From: Narcine bancroftii | Lineage: Eukaryota | Direction: 5' to 3' | NCBI RefSeq assembly: GCF_036971445.1 | Contig: NC_091470.1 | Coordinates: 240,560,001-240,624,000 of the forward strand | DNA length: 64,000 nucleotides | Part shown: positions 36,024-48,564 of the stretch, piece after piece | Layout of the letters: each line of letters starts with the position of its first letter | How positions within the stretch are numbered: position 1 is the stretch's first letter | The notes under the pieces: generated by a model | Told to the model about the DNA's origin: nothing | Database searches by the model: none | What the model saw: only the letters and a program-made list of their open reading frames with translations | Program-made: the position numbers and the translations under genes

Positions 36024-36558
36024 GCATGGACCAGTATGTGGAAAGAGTCACCCAGGTTGATCGACAAATTCAGGAAGATACAAGTTGTTATCATCAAATC
36101 TATTTTGAAAAAAAAAGATTTTGGTACTCCATGCACGCGAGCAAAATTTCAAGATACGACCAATCCTTTGGTCCAAATTACAGTCTTATGTTGGTAAGTA
36201 CCTGTATATATTATTTAGAAAATGAATTATGGATATTATTTACAATTTATGTATGTTAGTGTTATGCTCAATGTCTAGTTTGTGTAACTGTCCATATCAT
36301 CTTATTGAATTGTACCTTTGTTTGTTTGTTCTTTATTAAAATTAAAATATTTTAAAAAGATTCCATCATTAATATTCAATATTTTGTACATTTCTCACGA
36401 TTTCCATAATGACAGTGAACAGATTTTCCTTTTGAATCCCTATATTTCATAAGAGATATTCACAGGGGGAGGGGATACAGAACAACAGTCTCAGGGCTTG
36501 ATATGCAGTTTCTCTCACTAATGCACATGGGAACTGCACATCTACTTTATTATTATTA

Positions 36559-36985
36559 CAACCTCTCCCCTACTTATGATCTGTGCGACTTACAACCATC
36601 TGTACATATGACCAAAAATAAATACAGTAAAAATTTGTTAAAATAAAGAAAAAAAATGTAAATATAAAAATCACGCTTGGTCCCATGTCCACCAGTTCTA
36701 ACAGCTGCTTGCATATAATAGTGACCGTCAAACGATATCCCAGCATTGTGTGCATCACTGTGTCTCTCTCAGTTCTCAAGATAAAAGAATGCTTTACAGG
36801 TACAGCGGGGTGTTGAGAGAGCACGGAGCAGTGGGATGAATATGGGGACTGATTACAGGCTGTCGGGAGAGCGTGGGGCATCAGTGTGGAAAGTGATACT
36901 GTGGGGACTACGTCCTACTTGTGTCCATTTTGAGATCTGACCAGTTGGTCAGAACAGAACTTGGAAGCATGTCGGGGAATGGCTG
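36559..36985. mobile_element. Tigger/pogo-like MITE, decayed
   Basis: TA|CAACCTCTCCCCTACTTA ... GTCGGGGAATGGCTG|TA. Confidence 0.62.
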
Positions 36986-37671
36986 TATTTATCTATCTAT
37001 TTATTTATTTATGATTTTGTACATGCCTTGGGGTCTATGAGGAGGGATCAAGGATTCCATGAAAAGGTCGATGGTCTAAAACTTTTGGGGGCCCCTGGTT
37101 TAGAGGAATATGAGGCAGATGGGACATCTTGATCAGCCTGCGCAAGTTGGGTCGAAGGACCAGTTTCCGTGATTTATGGTCCTATTACAATTTTTAATTC
37201 CGTTCATGAAAAATGCACATTTTTTCAGTTATCCCCTTCCACCTGCCTGCAATACTGCTCGCACTGTATTGCACCCAATTTAAAATCAGCTCATTCTATA
37301 GCTTATTCGCTGCTTCCTTTCACTGCGCTGTCCTATTATTTGGAAACTTAAAACAAACGCAGAGCTTCAAAACCAAAATTAAAGGATTGTCATGAAACCT
37401 ATCTTTCTTTCTAATATTTACTGATTCTTTTTGTGACAAGAGGCTCTGGTCTCAGATTGCAACCCGATAGGTACACCCAGTGTGATCAGTTGATATTTCA
37501 CAAACTACTGAGGTTCTTTTGTAACATCCATATCAATATTTTAGGTGCTGTAGGCACAAGGACAGCACAATTACATTGCATCTAAATATGAACACTCTTT
37601 GTACAGATTACAAGATCCACAGAGGGTTTTTTTTTTAATTATAAATTTGCATCCAGACTCTCTTGATCCTT

Positions 37672-38009
37672 TTTTTTTAATTTTTTTTATTTTTCACACC
37701 ATAAACCACATTCACTATGATACATACATTTTCCTTTTCAAATATATAGTGTCATTTTCTCCCCCCCTCCCTTCTCCCATCCCACCCTCCCTACCTCCCC
37801 CCCATCCATTTAAGGTACAAAATCTAAGATACATTAAACCAGTCAAACAATGTTGTCATTCAATAAAAATAAACAAGAAATTCCACTGAGTCAATTCTTT
37901 TCATTTCCTTCTCCTTTCGTTAATTTAGGTGGTAGCTGTCCCCGGTAGGTTTTCTCTATTGTGTTTCATGTCAGGCTCCCATATTTGTTCAAATATTTCA
38001 ATATTATTT
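37672..38009 (-). mobile_element. 5'-truncated L1 3' end
   Basis: Poly-T at the left, ORF2 end (EIFEQIWEP), G-rich 3'UTR, TSD ATCCTT (37666-37671 / 38010-38015). Confidence 0.8.
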
Positions 38010-39589
38010 ATCCTTCTTAAAACATTTCTTAGGACATAATCTATGTATCACAATTGTTTTGCTACAAAATCCAACTTGTTGGCACAGATTCATTCAAAGG
38101 CATATTTATAAAACTGATTCTTAGACAGTGGTTCATTAACATGAAATTTGAGAGTTTATCTGTTCATTTCTTCATATTTTATCAGGTTTCACCTCACTAC
38201 ACATAATGAGTGACATCTAGAACATAGGCAGGAAATGCAGGCAAGCAATATTTAGGTAACAATCAATTTTCTTTGAATGGCAAGGCCAAACATTATGCAT
38301 GCAGTAACAAGTTTTTGCCCAATTTTACTTTCTTTGTTAAAAGATAGTCATACACACTATTTGTATTTTGTGTAACAATCTGCGATTTAGTTCTGGTAAA
38401 TCACTACTGGAGAACTTTATAAACACAGACATACAAATGTCTATTTAAAATGATTGGTTCAAAACTCAAAATCTTACATTAATAAAATTGTCAGTGTTCT
38501 TTTGCTGAAAATGCTCAGAGGTTAATTGTCAATGGAATAAGGTTAATTTCATGCCAGCTTTAACCTTGGATATCTGCACCATTCTTTAGTTTGTCATCAC
38601 CAAATTCTCCTCAAAATATTGGCTACCAGTATAATTAAGGTGCTTTCTCTGGAACATATACTGGATGTCAATAGTAAACTATAGCACTGAATTATCTACA
38701 AGTTTGACAAAAAAAATTAAAATACTAGGCAGAAGTAATAAATAATCTCTGTACAAAATATGGCCAAGAAGCTACATGAATGAAGTAGTCTTTGAAGTGG
38801 CCTGCAATGGTTTTCCTTCTCACTTGTGCATCAGTGTCTCTGGGTTTCCCAATTAATCTTGTATTCGCTCCATCAATACGATGATCTTGAGAAAAACTGG
38901 CAAACATCGTCAGATTCCAACACTAATACTGGGTGCACAATGTCACCTTGATATGTCACACTGATGCCAGCATCTAGTATTAAACCAACAGAAATTTCCA
39001 CAAACTATGTATTACAAAGATTGCATCCAGTAATCACAGTGTTTCAAAACTACCTTAGCCATTCCTGGCAATTGCTCAAGGCTGAAACAGATCATCAACT
39101 TTTTTTATGCACTTGATCAGCCTGTGCAAGTTGGATCGAAGGACCAGTTGACGTGATTCCTATCTCACTATCAACAAGCCCACTTCTGGAGCATGACCCA
39201 ATTCAGCTCTTGCCTTAGTTCATTTAAATGATAAAACCCTCAACCATTCCTTTACCACTTCTAGATTTGACAATTCCAACATAATCATGACTCAGCTCCA
39301 TATTTTCCAAGCTTCATAAATCAGAGTTTATATGAAAGTGTAGCTCTTATTTGAGGACTTGCTCACATGCATTCCCTGTGCTCACTGGCCCCTTAAGAGA
39401 TCAATATCAATTTAAAATGTCATCTTTGATTTCAATTCTCTCCACTTTATTATCTCCTCACTGTACCTTGGATAACAAGAGATGTTACAAGTTTTAATAA
39501 AAAGATAGCACACAAAGTTTTGAAAACTGTAATCAGCCATGGCCCTGAAAAATAAAAAAAGAAAACACTTAAACAAGTTATGGGCAAAA

Positions 39590-39790
39590 AGGGCCATGAA
39601 ATATCCTTTGAAGATAGAATCCCAGGGTATTATACAAGTATAAAAGGAGCAAGAGGGAAATAGGAAAAAGGTAGGTCAACTTAAGGACAAAGGTAGGAAT
39701 TTATGCATGGAGTCAAAGCATTTCACATCAGTATTCATCAAGGATAAAGGTGAGAATATGGAAGAATATGTTGATATTCTGGAACAACAA
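39590..39790 (+). mobile_element. CR1 ORF2 fragment
   Basis: ENP.GYYTSIK...KVGQLKDKGRNLCMES relic. Confidence 0.6.
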
Positions 39791-41574
39791 CAAATCTGTT
39801 GGAGGAACAAGGTGAAGCTGATATGACGAGAAGGGGTCGATTAGGCTACCAATGCTGGAAAATGACAAGTACTGTATACAAGATGTTAATAATAATGATA
39901 CAATGGAAGCTATAAGGGGAGACATTGAATCAGATGGAACTGAAGGGGGAAATCATTTTTGTGAAACATGGATGGATGGAACCAGGAGGGGGTGTGGAGA
40001 ATGAGTCAGAAGCCGAGTGGAGTTATATGGGATCGTCAGAAGTAGATCAGAATTCACACCAGTTCTTGGCACACAGTGAGGATGTGACAAAAAATGGATC
40101 TGGCGCTCAAGTTGTCAATGGTTTGGATTGGCATCTGTATGGCTGCAAAAGTACTGGAGATGAATTCACAGACACTCAGTGTGGGGTGGAGGGGGTCTCT
40201 GTTGTTTCTCTTTCTCTGACTGTAAGAGGCGTCCAGCAATTTCTGCTGTTAACAAATGAAGACTGAAGCTACTTTTATATAATATTATACCTCCTTTATT
40301 ACATGACAAGAAAGAAACCTTGAATGTCTGGAGTGCAGAGCCAATAATGATATGGGATCTTCTATCACCTAAGGATCTACATATGATTTTGGTTGAAAAC
40401 TGCATCGGTGGGGCAACACCTACCAAGGTGCAACAATCCATATTTTGTTAAACCTGAATTGTATGCTAAAGCCATATTTTGATTTACACCAGTTGCCACT
40501 GAGGATACCTTCCAATTCCCAATATTAAAAGATGATAACAGTTTTGTTAGTTCAGAGGTAATGCTCTGCAGGTAGTTTAACATACTTGAAAATAAGGATC
40601 ACCATTTCATTTATTTGGCTGGCCTTCCTTTTAGGGTCCTTGAACAGTCATTGATTATTGAATTTTTAGGTTTTTAATAATTGGTAAATCCTTCACAACC
40701 ACCAAAGGTAAAGCTTGTTCACTCCGAGTCAATCCAATATGGCTTTTATATTTTTCACGTCAGCTTAATCAGTGTCAAAATAAATCAAAATCAAGAAATC
40801 AAAATAAATTCTGAATGGAACAGACATTACATTTGATTAATTAACCATCATCTTGGACAGTGGTTGTCGTCTCTTCAATTAAGCTCAGTGATTTACAGAA
40901 TTATATTCAAGAAAAATACAGTTGGCTCTTTATTCCAAATAACATTTACCCTTATGATAATTTTCTAATTAATATGAAAAGCCACTTTTGAGAAATAGAA
41001 TTTGCTTTCTATTTCAGGATGTAGTAATTTTTAAATTTCTAGATGAAGTATTTCAGTAATTATAGCCTGCCAACCCTCTTCCCAACTCTCATAGCAGCTA
41101 CAATCAGTGAACCACTCTTCTATGATGTATGGAGTCAATAAAACCCAACATTACTTGCAGTGCACCAGCAGAGCCTTTGGCCGCCATCTGAAGGTTGGTG
41201 ACAGAAGTTTTACTCCAAAAATATCTATTTAGGCTAACCCTAGGTTGATCCCATTTTATTCTCCCCATATTCCCATCAACTCCATCCACATTCTACTGTT
41301 CACCTACATGGAGGGCTAACTAACCTACCAAATTACTCAAAGTTATGACTAGTGAGGAGACTGATCCAAGCAAAACCCACAAACACAAAGGAAATGTGTA
41401 AATTTCATACAGGCAAGTCAGGATTCAATACAGGTTGCTGGAGCTGCAAGGCAGCAGCTCTGCTGATGGAAGTACTGTATTACCCTAATTGAAAAAAATA
41501 CACAGAACACTTAAAAGATTTTTGATATGCCCAGACAAATGAATGATTAATTCACTCCAGAAGTTCAGATAATG

Positions 41575-41865
41575 ACCAATGATGCGCTGGAGGAATTCAG
41601 CTGGTCAGACAGCAGTGGGAAGTTTGGACCCTTTATTGAGGCCAAGGAAGGGAAAAGGAGATATCAACTGAAGGAGGGAGACGTGGCAAGGCAGTTAGAG
41701 AAAGGGACCTCTGGGTGCAGGGTAGGGGAAGATGAGAGGGAAAAATAAGAACAGAAGGTAAAAAGGAAATTGAAACAGTGGAACCAGACAGAGCTGAGGG
41801 TTATACAATTTTTAAAAAATCAATAACCATGGCTATGGGTTTAAAGCTATCCAGTAAGAATAAGT
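41575..41865 (-). mobile_element. Penelope 3' remnant
   Basis: Purine-rich reverse-complement counterpart of 54930-55310. Confidence 0.5.
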
Positions 41866-43034
41866 GAAATGAGAAACAAAATCTCTCAGGTTCATAAGCT
41901 TTCATTGCATCTCATTAATTGAAAATGTTAGGTTTCTGCATCCCAACCCTCCCCCAAAACCTCTGGCAGGCATTTGATGCTTTACATTATTTCCAACATC
42001 TGCAGTATTTTTTCTTTTGCACTAAAGATGTACTACTCTTTGTAAATTTATGCTGATGTTACCTGGATTGAATTATCAAAAGAAATTGGGTCAGCTAGAC
42101 ACAAGGGTCTACAGATGCTGGAATCTGGGCCAAAATCAACCTCTGTAGGAAGTCAGTTGGAGAAAAATAGTTAACATTTTGCATTGGAATCTTTCATCAA
42201 GACTTGGACAAGACTGTTTTATAGGGAGCAAAGGCAGAGAGATTTCATATTGAGGTATATAAAATTATAAGCGGCATAGACGGGTAAAGAGCCAATATAA
42301 GGCAGAGAGGGAAGAGGTTTTGAAAAAAATTTGAGGTTCTCCCCACCCCCCCACCAAAGCAGAGTGGTTGGTATCGGAACTGAATTGCTAGAGGTGATGG
42401 TAGAGGCAGAAATAGAAATGTTTAGGAGACATCTTGACAGATACTTGAATGAGCAAGGTATAAGAGGGATATAGAATAGGCATGTGAGATTATCACACGA
42501 TAATTGGCTTTGACCTGGAGGGTCAAAGAACCCATTTCTATTTATTACAGATTTTACGATTGTGCCTTGGGGGCTTGCCAACATTTTGATATCTTATCCA
42601 AAGTCTGATGTCAAGCAGCAATACAAAAAAAGGACTGAAAATAATATCTTTGAAGTTAGAAAAAGTTAACATTTCATGGAGAAACAAGAAAACAAGAGTG
42701 CTTTTAGTTGCAGAGAGACTGGGGGTGGGCAGGAGGAGTACAAAGAGGAGGGAGACAAAAGATTGTCCATCTGCTTAAAATACACAGAAAAGGAAAAAAA
42801 CAAAACTGAGTGCCACAGTCCTTGAAAATCTGAAACAGGAGATGACTGGAAATGCCTTGAAAATCAGACAGGATGTGTGAACAGAAACAAAACTGATCTC
42901 ATCAGGCTGATGACTTGGATTTCAGAACTGGTCAATTTTAACAAACAAAAGTCAATGATCTGAAATTGTTCAATTCAATATCAAGTGCTTATAGGTTAAA
43001 TTTTGAATGGTTAACCATCTTAAAAAAATTTAGG

Positions 43035-43232
43035 CAGACAGCAATGGTCACAGGCCATTTTGGTCCACGAGTCCATGCTGCCCAACTAACCTACACCCCC
43101 AGCATGTTTTGAATGGTGGGAGGAAAACTGAGCCCCTAGGGAAAAGCTTCTTGGAGACACCACAGGAATTGAACCCCAGTCGAACGCTGGTGCTGGAAGA
43201 GCATTGTGTTAACCGCTACACCAACTGTGCCA
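43035..43232 (-). mobile_element. tRNA-derived SINE (V-SINE-like)
   Basis: The minus strand reads GGCACAGTTGGTGTAGCGGTTAACAC...GGGGTTCAATTCC; same family as 16391-16590. Confidence 0.82.
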
Positions 43233-43704
43233 CCCGAGAGGCCAAGAAAATTTGAAATATGGAGCTCTGAATAGAACCCATTTTTTAATTGAACACGAAT
43301 GATCCTGCTATCTGCCATGCACCAATATCCCATTCATTTTCTAGTATGGAGCTATGATTCTATCTGTACACCTAATCCAATTGCAATGATTTTTAAAGGA
43401 ATTTCCTGATGTGTCAATGAACATGGATGAACTGTGCAAATTATTATTCGCTGCAGTGGCTAAGTAACCACAAGGAAGAAAAGTTCAGCAATTTTGTAAA
43501 AAGTCAAAGTTACTGCTGTTTCCAAGGACAGTTTGTACAAGTCTGCAGTGAAAGCAAATTCCTAGGCCACTTCACTTGAAATAAATGAAAAGCAACTTCC
43601 CATTACCAATTATGGAGCTTGCGTGATCTCTCAAATGCAACCAGCAGCAAACTAATGTGGCAGTGATCGGATAGAATAATCATGGTGCGAGGGGACTGAT
43701 GATA

Positions 43705-44410
43705 CATAGTCAATAAGGTGACCAACATGCAGGTACAGCAGGCGGTTAAAAAGGCAAATGGTATGTTGGCCTTCATATCAAGAGGGTTTGAGTATAGGAA
43801 TAAGGATACCTTACTGCAGCTGTACAGGGCCTTGGTGAGACCACACCTGGAGTATTGTGTGCAGTTTTGGTCGCCTTATCTGAGGAAGGATGGTCTTGCA
43901 ATGGAGGGAGTGCAGAGGCGATTCACCAGGCTGATACCTGGAATGGCAGGAATGACATATGAGGAAAGATTGCGCAATTTGGGATTGTACTCGCTGGAGT
44001 TTAGAAGATTGAGAGGGGATCTCATAGAGACACATAAAATTCTGGCAGGACTGGACCGAATGGATGCGGAAGGGATGTTTCCAATGGTGGGGGAGTCCAG
44101 AACCCTGGGCCATGGTTCGAGGATAATAGGAAAACCATTTAGGACTGAGATGAGGAGGAATTTCTTTACCCAGAGGGTGGTGAATCTGTGGAATTCATTG
44201 CCACAGAGAGCAGTAGAGGCAGGTTCATTGAATATATTTAAGAGGGAATTAGATATATTTCTTCAGTATAAGGGAATTAGGGGTTACGGAGAGAAGACGG
44301 GGACGGGGTACTGAACTTTAAGATCAGCCATGATCTCATTGAATGGCGGAGCAGGCTCGAAGGGCCGAATGACCTACTCCTGCTCCAATCTTCTATGTTT
44401 TCTATGTTTC
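43705..44410 (+). mobile_element. Young 5'-truncated CR1 LINE
   Basis: Open ORF2 C-terminus at 43718-44314 (LYRALVRPHLEYCVQFWSP...FFTQRVVNLWNSLP), intact 3'UTR and a (TTCTATGTT)2 tail. Confidence 0.94.
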
Positions 44411-45273
44411 AAAAACAACGAGGAACTAACTTAACAGTTGGCATACTTGGGTACCAAAAATCAAAGCATGTCAGCAAGAGCTAGATGCATGGTATGGGCC
44501 ACAGTTTGGCTTAGTAAAAAGATATTTTCAATCTATGGCACCTCCACCATCTTCCCTCTTAATTTTCGTGTTTTGATTGTGATAAATTTTCAACCGAAAT
44601 TGACTACTTAACATATCATGAATTCCACACAATTCAATAAATCAATGCAGGGAGATGCTGTCTCATATAAATATTTATTTTATCTTCATTCCAAAAATTA
44701 ACAAAAATTAACAGAAACTAAAATAGAGAAACATGTCAATAAATAAAAAAATGAGAGAATTTTAGAACAAATTTTTCCTCCAGAATTTTACTGATATTTA
44801 AAAATATTCAGCAGCTCAAAAGTATTTCAATATTTGTAGCACAGGGTGTAAAAAGATGATTCATTAATGTCCAAATATATCGATATAAATATGGAAAATT
44901 CCCTTTTTATTGGCCTAACTTTATTCTGAAGTAACAATAAAATTTGCATGAACAAGCTTGTTAGATCCCTGCAATCTGGTCTGATTTAATGGCAGGATGT
45001 AAAATCTACTGAATTACTCTGACATAGAGGGCAGTGAACCATGGAAATTACAATTTCATAGATTAAATAAAATTTTCAAAAGCAGAAGCAGACCTTTCGC
45101 TCATCCACCTATTCAAACAATGGTCAAGGTTTTTTTGAAAGTTTTGAAGGAACAATGCTTATTTCTTATTTGAGGCAACCTGCCCACAAAAATTCAGCAG
45201 GCTTAAATGGTATGGATTTTCAATTCCTGATGCAAATTTTCATCATTCACCTTTTGTAACATTCAGTAACAGT

Positions 45274-46015
45274 AGGCCTTTTCACACCATGGGTGAGCGG
45301 TGACCCTTCTTGGACCTGGGTGAAATTCCTGGGAAGGCAGGACCTCCTGGGTCTCACATACCATGGTCCAAATTCCCTGGAATTTACCCTCCCCACAAAT
45401 TTAAGGGGGTCCCACCCCCAGCGATGATGCATTAGGCACTCACAGAAGTAAGAAGCTACTCTAACCAGAGTTCTCAGGATCTCAGAATTGGACCTTTACA
45501 TTGCTCCCCATTGTTCATTCAAACTGACCTTCACTGATGTGTGAACTGGATACAGGGTGCTTATGTGACTTTAAAGCATTTCTTTACCCAGTTCTCCCAA
45601 TCTGCATTGAATGAGATTCAGATTTGGTGATATGGTCCAAATGTTTAATGAGATTCCCCCCCCCCCCCCATTCATTACCCTCCTCCAGTCCCGGCCATCC
45701 ATCACCTCCTCACGCCCTGGTCGCACCAACCCCTCCCACCCCCACCCCCACTTCGGGGCTGCTTCAGCAGCACAATACGGGATCAGTGGCCGACTTCATT
45801 ACCCAAAACAGTTCCAGCTGCGTGGGGGACTATGGGTAACAAAGTCGCCCACTGATCCCACATTGTGCCGCTGCCATAACATTCCGAACCAAAGATAGGG
45901 CCGCAGACCCAGGTAATTTTCCCAGGCTGACATTTTTACATCTTCGGTTCATGGGAGGGTTCCCTGGGAAAATTTCCTGGGAGTCCCCATTTTACATGGC
46001 AGTGTGAAAAGGCCT
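45274..46015. mobile_element. PIF/Harbinger-type MITE
   Basis: Perfect 14-bp TIR AGGCCTTTTCACAC; 3-bp TSD AGT (45271-45273 / 46016-46018). Confidence 0.85.
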
Positions 46016-46278
46016 AGTGATACTAAATTCAATAGGCAATCAGGCAGATTGGAGTGAAAGTTGTCAACAGCAAATCAGAAGGAAAAAAAATTAACAACTG
46101 AGGTACATGGGCATATTTAATGGCCAATTCCAATATTAAAGTCAAAGGACTCAATTGCTATTAAGTTTTTTTTTTAAAAAACACAAAACTCAGCTACAAC
46201 TAGTATAAAAATACAATATTTTCAATGGCAAACACAAATAGAGGAATAAGTGAAAGTCAGTGATTCTATTCAAATCAC

Positions 46279-46355
46279 CTTGGTGAAATAAATTACTGGC
46301 TGCAATATTTCTATGTCCCAAACCAATGATCATACTGTAACCACAAATTCCAGCT
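46279..46355 (-). other. Candidate exon (77 nt)
   Basis: ttttttatttatttcatgtttgtag|AGCTGG...ACCAAG|gtgatt; one open frame. No homology recognised. Confidence 0.25.
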
Positions 46356-48399
46356 CTACAAACATGAAATAAATAAAAAACGAGACATTCCATTTAACAA
46401 AGATCAAGAACAGAAAGCTGCATCATATAGAATAGCAAAAGTTTCAACAACTTACCAAATCCAAATGTTTTTTTTAAAAAATAAAAGTATTTTAGGCAAT
46501 AATTGTAAGTGCTCTTAGTGCTTGTGTGCAATTTACTTTTTTCCAATCTCCAACAGCTGGTGAAATCTATAACCAGATTCATGGAAAACATACCAACACA
46601 AAAATGCGTATTTTGCAGATGGGTCAGCTACATGCTGCAAGCTGAAACAAGTTTACATTTTGGTATGTACTGTACTTAGGCACTTGTTAAAATTAAGTGC
46701 AGAGTATTCCACAGGATAGAAAATACTAAAAAACCCAGGTCAAACTCAAAATCTAACATTTATAATAGAAAATAAAGTCAATACACAGCAGAGTCTTTCT
46801 GATAAATTGCACCGCCAGCAGGGTTCAGAAGTTACCCAAGGCCCAGTATTCGAAGTAGTGTCTCTTTATCCTGAAAAGATGGCATTTTCTTGGCCAGACA
46901 TTTGAATTTCACTTTCTAAAAGTAACATCAATGACCCATGAAGTGTCATTAATTCATCTTAATAGGACCAGTAAGTATCTGGATGGGCTTTATATACTTG
47001 TGAAGTTCAAAAGCAAGCTCTAACAGTGACTTTTCCAGACAAGTTCAACTGAAAAAGCTCAGGGCCCAGCCAAACCACAGCTTGAAAACTGCAGTGGCAC
47101 TTTAACAAATTTTCTCACAGCAAAACTGCTGCTAGGGAAAATAAAGTATTGAAATGGAGGGTCAGACTATTCAAAAGAACTGTTCCTCTGCCTCTTCTCC
47201 CTACAACAGATACCATTTATAACTTATTAACATTCAACACAGCAGGCAGTGACAAACAAAAATAAGGGAAGAGCACATGAAAAATTCATAAGAACAGCTG
47301 TGGTTGATTCCAGCAAGCTATGAAGAGGAAATCTCTCAATGTTCTAAAAAGTCTTTAAAGAGCACCAGAAGCAACCTACCAATAATGTCAAACTATAAAC
47401 CATAAAAATTATGATTTTAAGCAAACAAAAAAAATTTGGATAATAGAACTTACAAAAGTAAAGTCTTGACCTTCCTTTTTCCCATCCAATCTTAATTCTA
47501 CTCAAATGAAAATTTGACTTAAAAAACTTATGACATAAGTTATGACATTCTCAACAAAACACCATAAACAAACAAGAATAAAAAAGCAATCTCTATGTAT
47601 ACATTTCTTTACGTCCCGTGACTAAAATTTGTATCTAGGAACCAATAAAGTTGCAAATTGCAGGAGATGTAAAAGCAACGACATTATGATGCTTTATCAC
47701 TATTGATCGTAGGTAAAAGACAGCAATGAGAGGAGGAGAAAAAGAACATTCGTTTTGAAAAAACTCCACCAAGGTTAAAGAAATCACCAAACAATTTCAA
47801 AGCATCCAGAAAAAGTAATGGATAAACAAAGGTTGTGGTTCACATCAGTGCAATGTAAGTCTTGAAAGTAAATTTTGGGGAGCTATGAAAGAGATAAAGA
47901 GCCAAGTGACAAAGGTCCATCTCAGAAAGGCTACCTGACCCACATGCCAACAGTTATCAAACTAGGAGGACACAGGAAATGAATGTGAATAAAGAGTGCA
48001 AGATAGTATTTTAGCATTTGGTCAATTATTGAGATAATCTGCACACATTGGGCACATTACATTTTAGCAGGACTCTGAACTGTTTAAGGATTTAAACTAG
48101 CTTGGCAGGGGAATGAAATGCTCACAGGGAATTCATGAAACAAAGCAAGCAGGAAGTGAAAGTTCAAATAAAAATGTGAGCAAAGTAAATTGGTAGAGGA
48201 AATAAAGCCAAGCAACAAATTATGGAAAAAGATAAAAGTGCAGAAAACTACAGACCACACCTGAGTTACAAATGCCTAACTATTGATACCCTACAAAAGA
48301 ACAAGCTTCCAATTAAATTCAAAAGATGAATGTACTGCACATACCTGTACATTTACTCTTACAAAAGGCAGAATTAATTTCTCCCTTCTCTTTACTTAC

Positions 48400-48482
48400 C
48401 AGTCTTGTGCACTTTGATGCTTTTCCTTATAATATTGTGGAAGCATAAACACACATCCCAATGTGGTATGACTTAAGAATGT
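48400..48482 (-). other. Candidate exon (83 nt) with consensus splice sites
   Basis: tgtttatttttgcag|ACATTC...AGACTG|gtaagt; one open frame TFLSHTTLGCVFMLPQYYKEKHQSAQD. Confidence 0.35.
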
Positions 48483-48564
48483 CTGCAAAAATAAACAGAT
48501 TTCCTACCTAGGGACTACCATCTAGATGGCATACGAAAGAGGCAATGAATTCATGTCCCAAATA

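Larger units (their letters stand above)
28361..37097 (+). mobile_element. hAT (Charlie-like) DNA transposon with many nested insertions
   Basis: Degenerate TIRs TAGGGGGTCTCCAAA / TTTTGGGGGCCCCTG; 8-bp TSD GTTAAGAG (28353-28360) / GTTTAGAG (37098-37105); transposase relic inside. Confidence 0.85.

Noticed and set aside
43718-44314. 198-aa ORF as a host gene
   Set aside because: It is the C-terminus of CR1 ORF2 in a 5'-truncated copy.
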